Source of the DNA: Selaginella moellendorffii
Taxonomy: Eukaryota > Plantae > Lycopodiophyta
Reading direction: 5' to 3'
Assembly: GCF_000143415.4 (NCBI RefSeq)
Contig: NW_003314316.1
Location: 936,669 to 1,000,668 of the forward strand
DNA length: 64,000 nucleotides
Position 1 is the first letter of the stretch, and every line of letters begins with the position of its first letter. Below, piece after piece: positions 61,136 to 64,000 of the stretch. The notes under the pieces were generated by a model. That model searched no databases. It was not told where the DNA came from and saw nothing but the letters and a program-made list of their open reading frames with translations. A program made the translations under genes and the position numbers.

Positions 61136-61138
61136 AGT

Positions 61139-62687
61139 TGTAAGCGACTAAATTTTTCCATTCTACTTTAGTCACTTAACCATACCTCCAACCACTTGGA
61201 GGAGTCTCATTCACAACCTCTATAAATCCAATTCCGGACTTGGGGCTTGCTCGCCCCGAGAATGGCATCCATGCCACTCAACCTTTGCACTTGGTCCAAG
61301 TGCTCCACGTGTCCGATCCCATGACTAACACTCCAAGGTACCACCAACATATCAGCCCGTTACGCTAATGCCATGCCCCTTCACCTTGGTCACACCAGTG
61401 GTCTAACACCACCTGCATCATAGTTCTGTCTCTCAAAGACTGGCTCATCCATCCATGAGTGATCGTCCCAGATCCACTCCTTAGCATCCTTAGGATGCCC
61501 ATAGACTTGGGGAATATTACCTTCCCTATTATCTCCTTTCCGGTCCTCACCAAGTCCCTTTCTGTGCATGGCCAGGCTCGTCAACACTGCCACTGGATCA
61601 AGGCCCACAGGCCCGACCATTAAGTCCCACGGTCCTCTGGGACTTCCTCACCATGTGACTGTGTCCTTGGTCACCACAGTAGAGGGCTACTCCTCTTCCT
61701 TTCCACAGTCTGGGACTTTGGGACAACATTTCAGAACACCGTGGCCCTATGCGGGCCTCATGGGTACTCTCCCCGCCTTCTGCCTTTGGGTGCTCTAGCC
61801 ATGGGCTTAGAGCGAGGTTCCATTGAGCCATGCCTGGTATCCAAGTAGGTAGTGCCACCCACACTTGGACTGGGAGCATTAACCATTCGATCTCTCGGGG
61901 GAACTAAAGCCAGCTCTTGAACACTTCACCAAGCTACCCCGCTTGTCGATCCATATTCACTCTAGTCTTGGACTTCCCAGTGGTCAGCTCATCACCTAAC
62001 ACTAGGTATCATGGCCTTCTTGGGCCAAATTGGCCTTTCCTAGCCAAACTGGCTCCACTGAGCTCCAACCCCCACACTCTCCTTACTATACTTTTGGAGC
62101 CCCCCCCCCCCCCCCCCCTAGGGGACGATCGCTTTGGGCTTTCACCCAACTACCTGTATTAGTATTCGGACTCGGTCTCGGTCTCGGTCTCAGTCTCAGT
62201 CTCGGTCCTGGTTCCATCTCAGACTCCATCTCGAGTCCATCTCGGACTCCATCTCGGGTCCATCTCGGACTCCATCTCGGACTCCATCTCGGACTCCATC
62301 TCGGGTCCATCTCGGACTCCATCTTGAGTCCATCTTGGGTCCATCTCGGACACCGTCTCGGGTCCACCTTGGACTCCATCTCGGACTCCATCTCAGACTT
62401 CGTCTCGGGTCCATCTTGGACTCCGTCTCAGATCCATCTTGGGTCCACCTCGGACACTTCCATGTGTCATGTTTTGGTCCTCTTGTGTCCCTTTTCTAGA
62501 GGCTCACTCATTGCTTGCTTCGTGCTTGTTCCTTGAGCACTTCGTTGGGAGTTCCACTCCCGCTCTTGACCTTTCAAGTCGGAGTTTTTAGTCCAAACGT
62601 GTTACGCTCGTTTGGTTTTCGCTTCGGCCACTACCACATGGCACCCCTCTAGCTCCACTTTGGGGCCTAGGGATTTTGTGTCTCACA
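61139..62687 (-). mobile_element. 5' LTR of family-A LTR retrotransposon (~1.55 kb)
   Basis: Reverse complement of solo LTR 46062-48765 (without its insert), with an adjacent PBS. Inserted into the RT region of another element. Confidence 0.88.
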
Positions 62688-64000
62688 ATCTTGATCTGCC
62701 ACCCGTATCTAATGATAACTGGACCGCAAATCAAGTCGTGTAAAATACTTAGCCTTTAAGAGTTGGTCAAACAAGTCATCAATGCGAGGGAAAAAATAAC
62801 TATTTTTGACCGTGATCTTGTTGAGTGCCTAATAGTCGATACACATCCTCATGGTTCCATCCTTTTTCATAACAAAAAGGACTAGTGCTCCATAGGGTGA
62901 CTTGCTTGGTCGGATATGACCTTTGTCAAGAAGCTCCGTGAGTTGCTTCCTGAGTTCAGCCATCTCCTTGATGTTCAAACGATACGGAGCTTTCATAGGT
63001 GGTTTAGAACCCGGAATAACCTCAATCCGATGATCAACCTCACGGCTAGGAGGTAGCCTTGGTGGCAAATCCTTGGGGAAGATATCCTGATTCCTCGCCA
63101 ACAACTCCAATATCTTCTTTGGTACAGGATCAACCCCATCGCCGATTTGAATTAAGTCACCAACACTCTCAGCTTCCATCACTTAAACCCAAAAGGTCCA
63201 ACATCCCTTCTTAGTTGCTTTTTGAGCGGCCCTCGCAGTCAAGAACTTAGCATCCCAATCCTTTGAGGAACGCTTTGGCAACTGAAAAGACACATCGGGA
63301 CGTCCTTCTGACTTCAACATGATACGACTTTGTCTAGCACCATAAATCCTTTTTATATATTTGTTGAAGAAGTCCATACCAAAGACCATATGAAAATCTG
63401 GTATCTTCAACATTACCAAGTCCACTCTTTCTTTCCACTTGGATATTTTTATTGGAACATCACTCATAAACTTTCTAGCTACTTGCCCACCTTTCGCAAA
63501 CTGGAAGTGCATAGGTGACATTTGCTCAGCATTCAATCCTAACAACTTAACTAAGTCTTCAAATATCACGTTGTGCGTAGCTCCTATGTCAATCATCACT
63601 CGGATTTGGTGTCCGCAGACAAAGCCTACCAAAAACATCAATGGATCAGTGTTTGCATTAATTGCAAGAAAAACTTGAGGAAAGCAATGAAAGTAACTCA
63701 CCTCCTCTTCCTCATAGTCTGCATTGACCAACTCGTCAACCCCTTCAGCTTCACCACCACCGTCTTCCCTCATGACATTAACTTGAGACCTTGTCTTATG
63801 CTTGTTGGGATATTCTGAGGACTTATGTCCTGACTCTCCACAATGGAAGCAATGACCCACACTACCTGTTCCACTAGGAGCAGGTTTTGCAAGTTGTTGC
63901 TGCTTGTACCCACCAAGAGGAGGAACAGAGAGCCTACGACCAGAAGAAGTTGCTGGTGGTCTCCAACCACCACCACCTTTGTTAACTGTTGCTTGTAAGC
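62688..64000 (-). pseudogene. Degenerate Ty3/gypsy gag-pol (knuckle, protease, RT N-terminus), interrupted by LTR A
   Basis: [64 protein letters not shown]...[16 protein letters not shown], cut at 62688. Confidence 0.88.

Overview
Eukaryotic, intron-containing plant nuclear DNA. Short introns (~50-60 nt), tight gene packing, PLS-class PPR genes and Tcn1-like chromoviruses suggest a lycophyte such as Selaginella; this is an inference. The gene-rich region (0.6-43 kb) holds a LOG2/LUL RING E3 ligase, an RS-rich protein, DHAR, a DUF1771-Smr protein, FRA10AC1, a long orphan coiled-coil protein, an intronless Fic-domain gene, a PhzF-like gene, a bZIP, two PPR genes, MutS2, OEP24, a tonoplast sugar transporter and a MiAMP1-type antimicrobial peptide. 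At 13.5-19.6 kb a decayed Merlin/IS1595-type transposase is split by a near-intact Ty3/gypsy element that has a tRNA-Ala PBS and a -1 frameshift pseudoknot. From 45.6 kb to the end lies a nest of LTR retrotransposons: reciprocally nested solo LTRs and a chromodomain-bearing, apparently self-priming element. The most unusual signal is a family of five tRNA-Ala-derived Pol III-like units flanking MutS2, two of them full length. The full-length copies keep the G3:U70 alanine acceptor stem and a compensatorily mutated T-stem, but carry a variable, non-canonical 18-nt anticodon arm.
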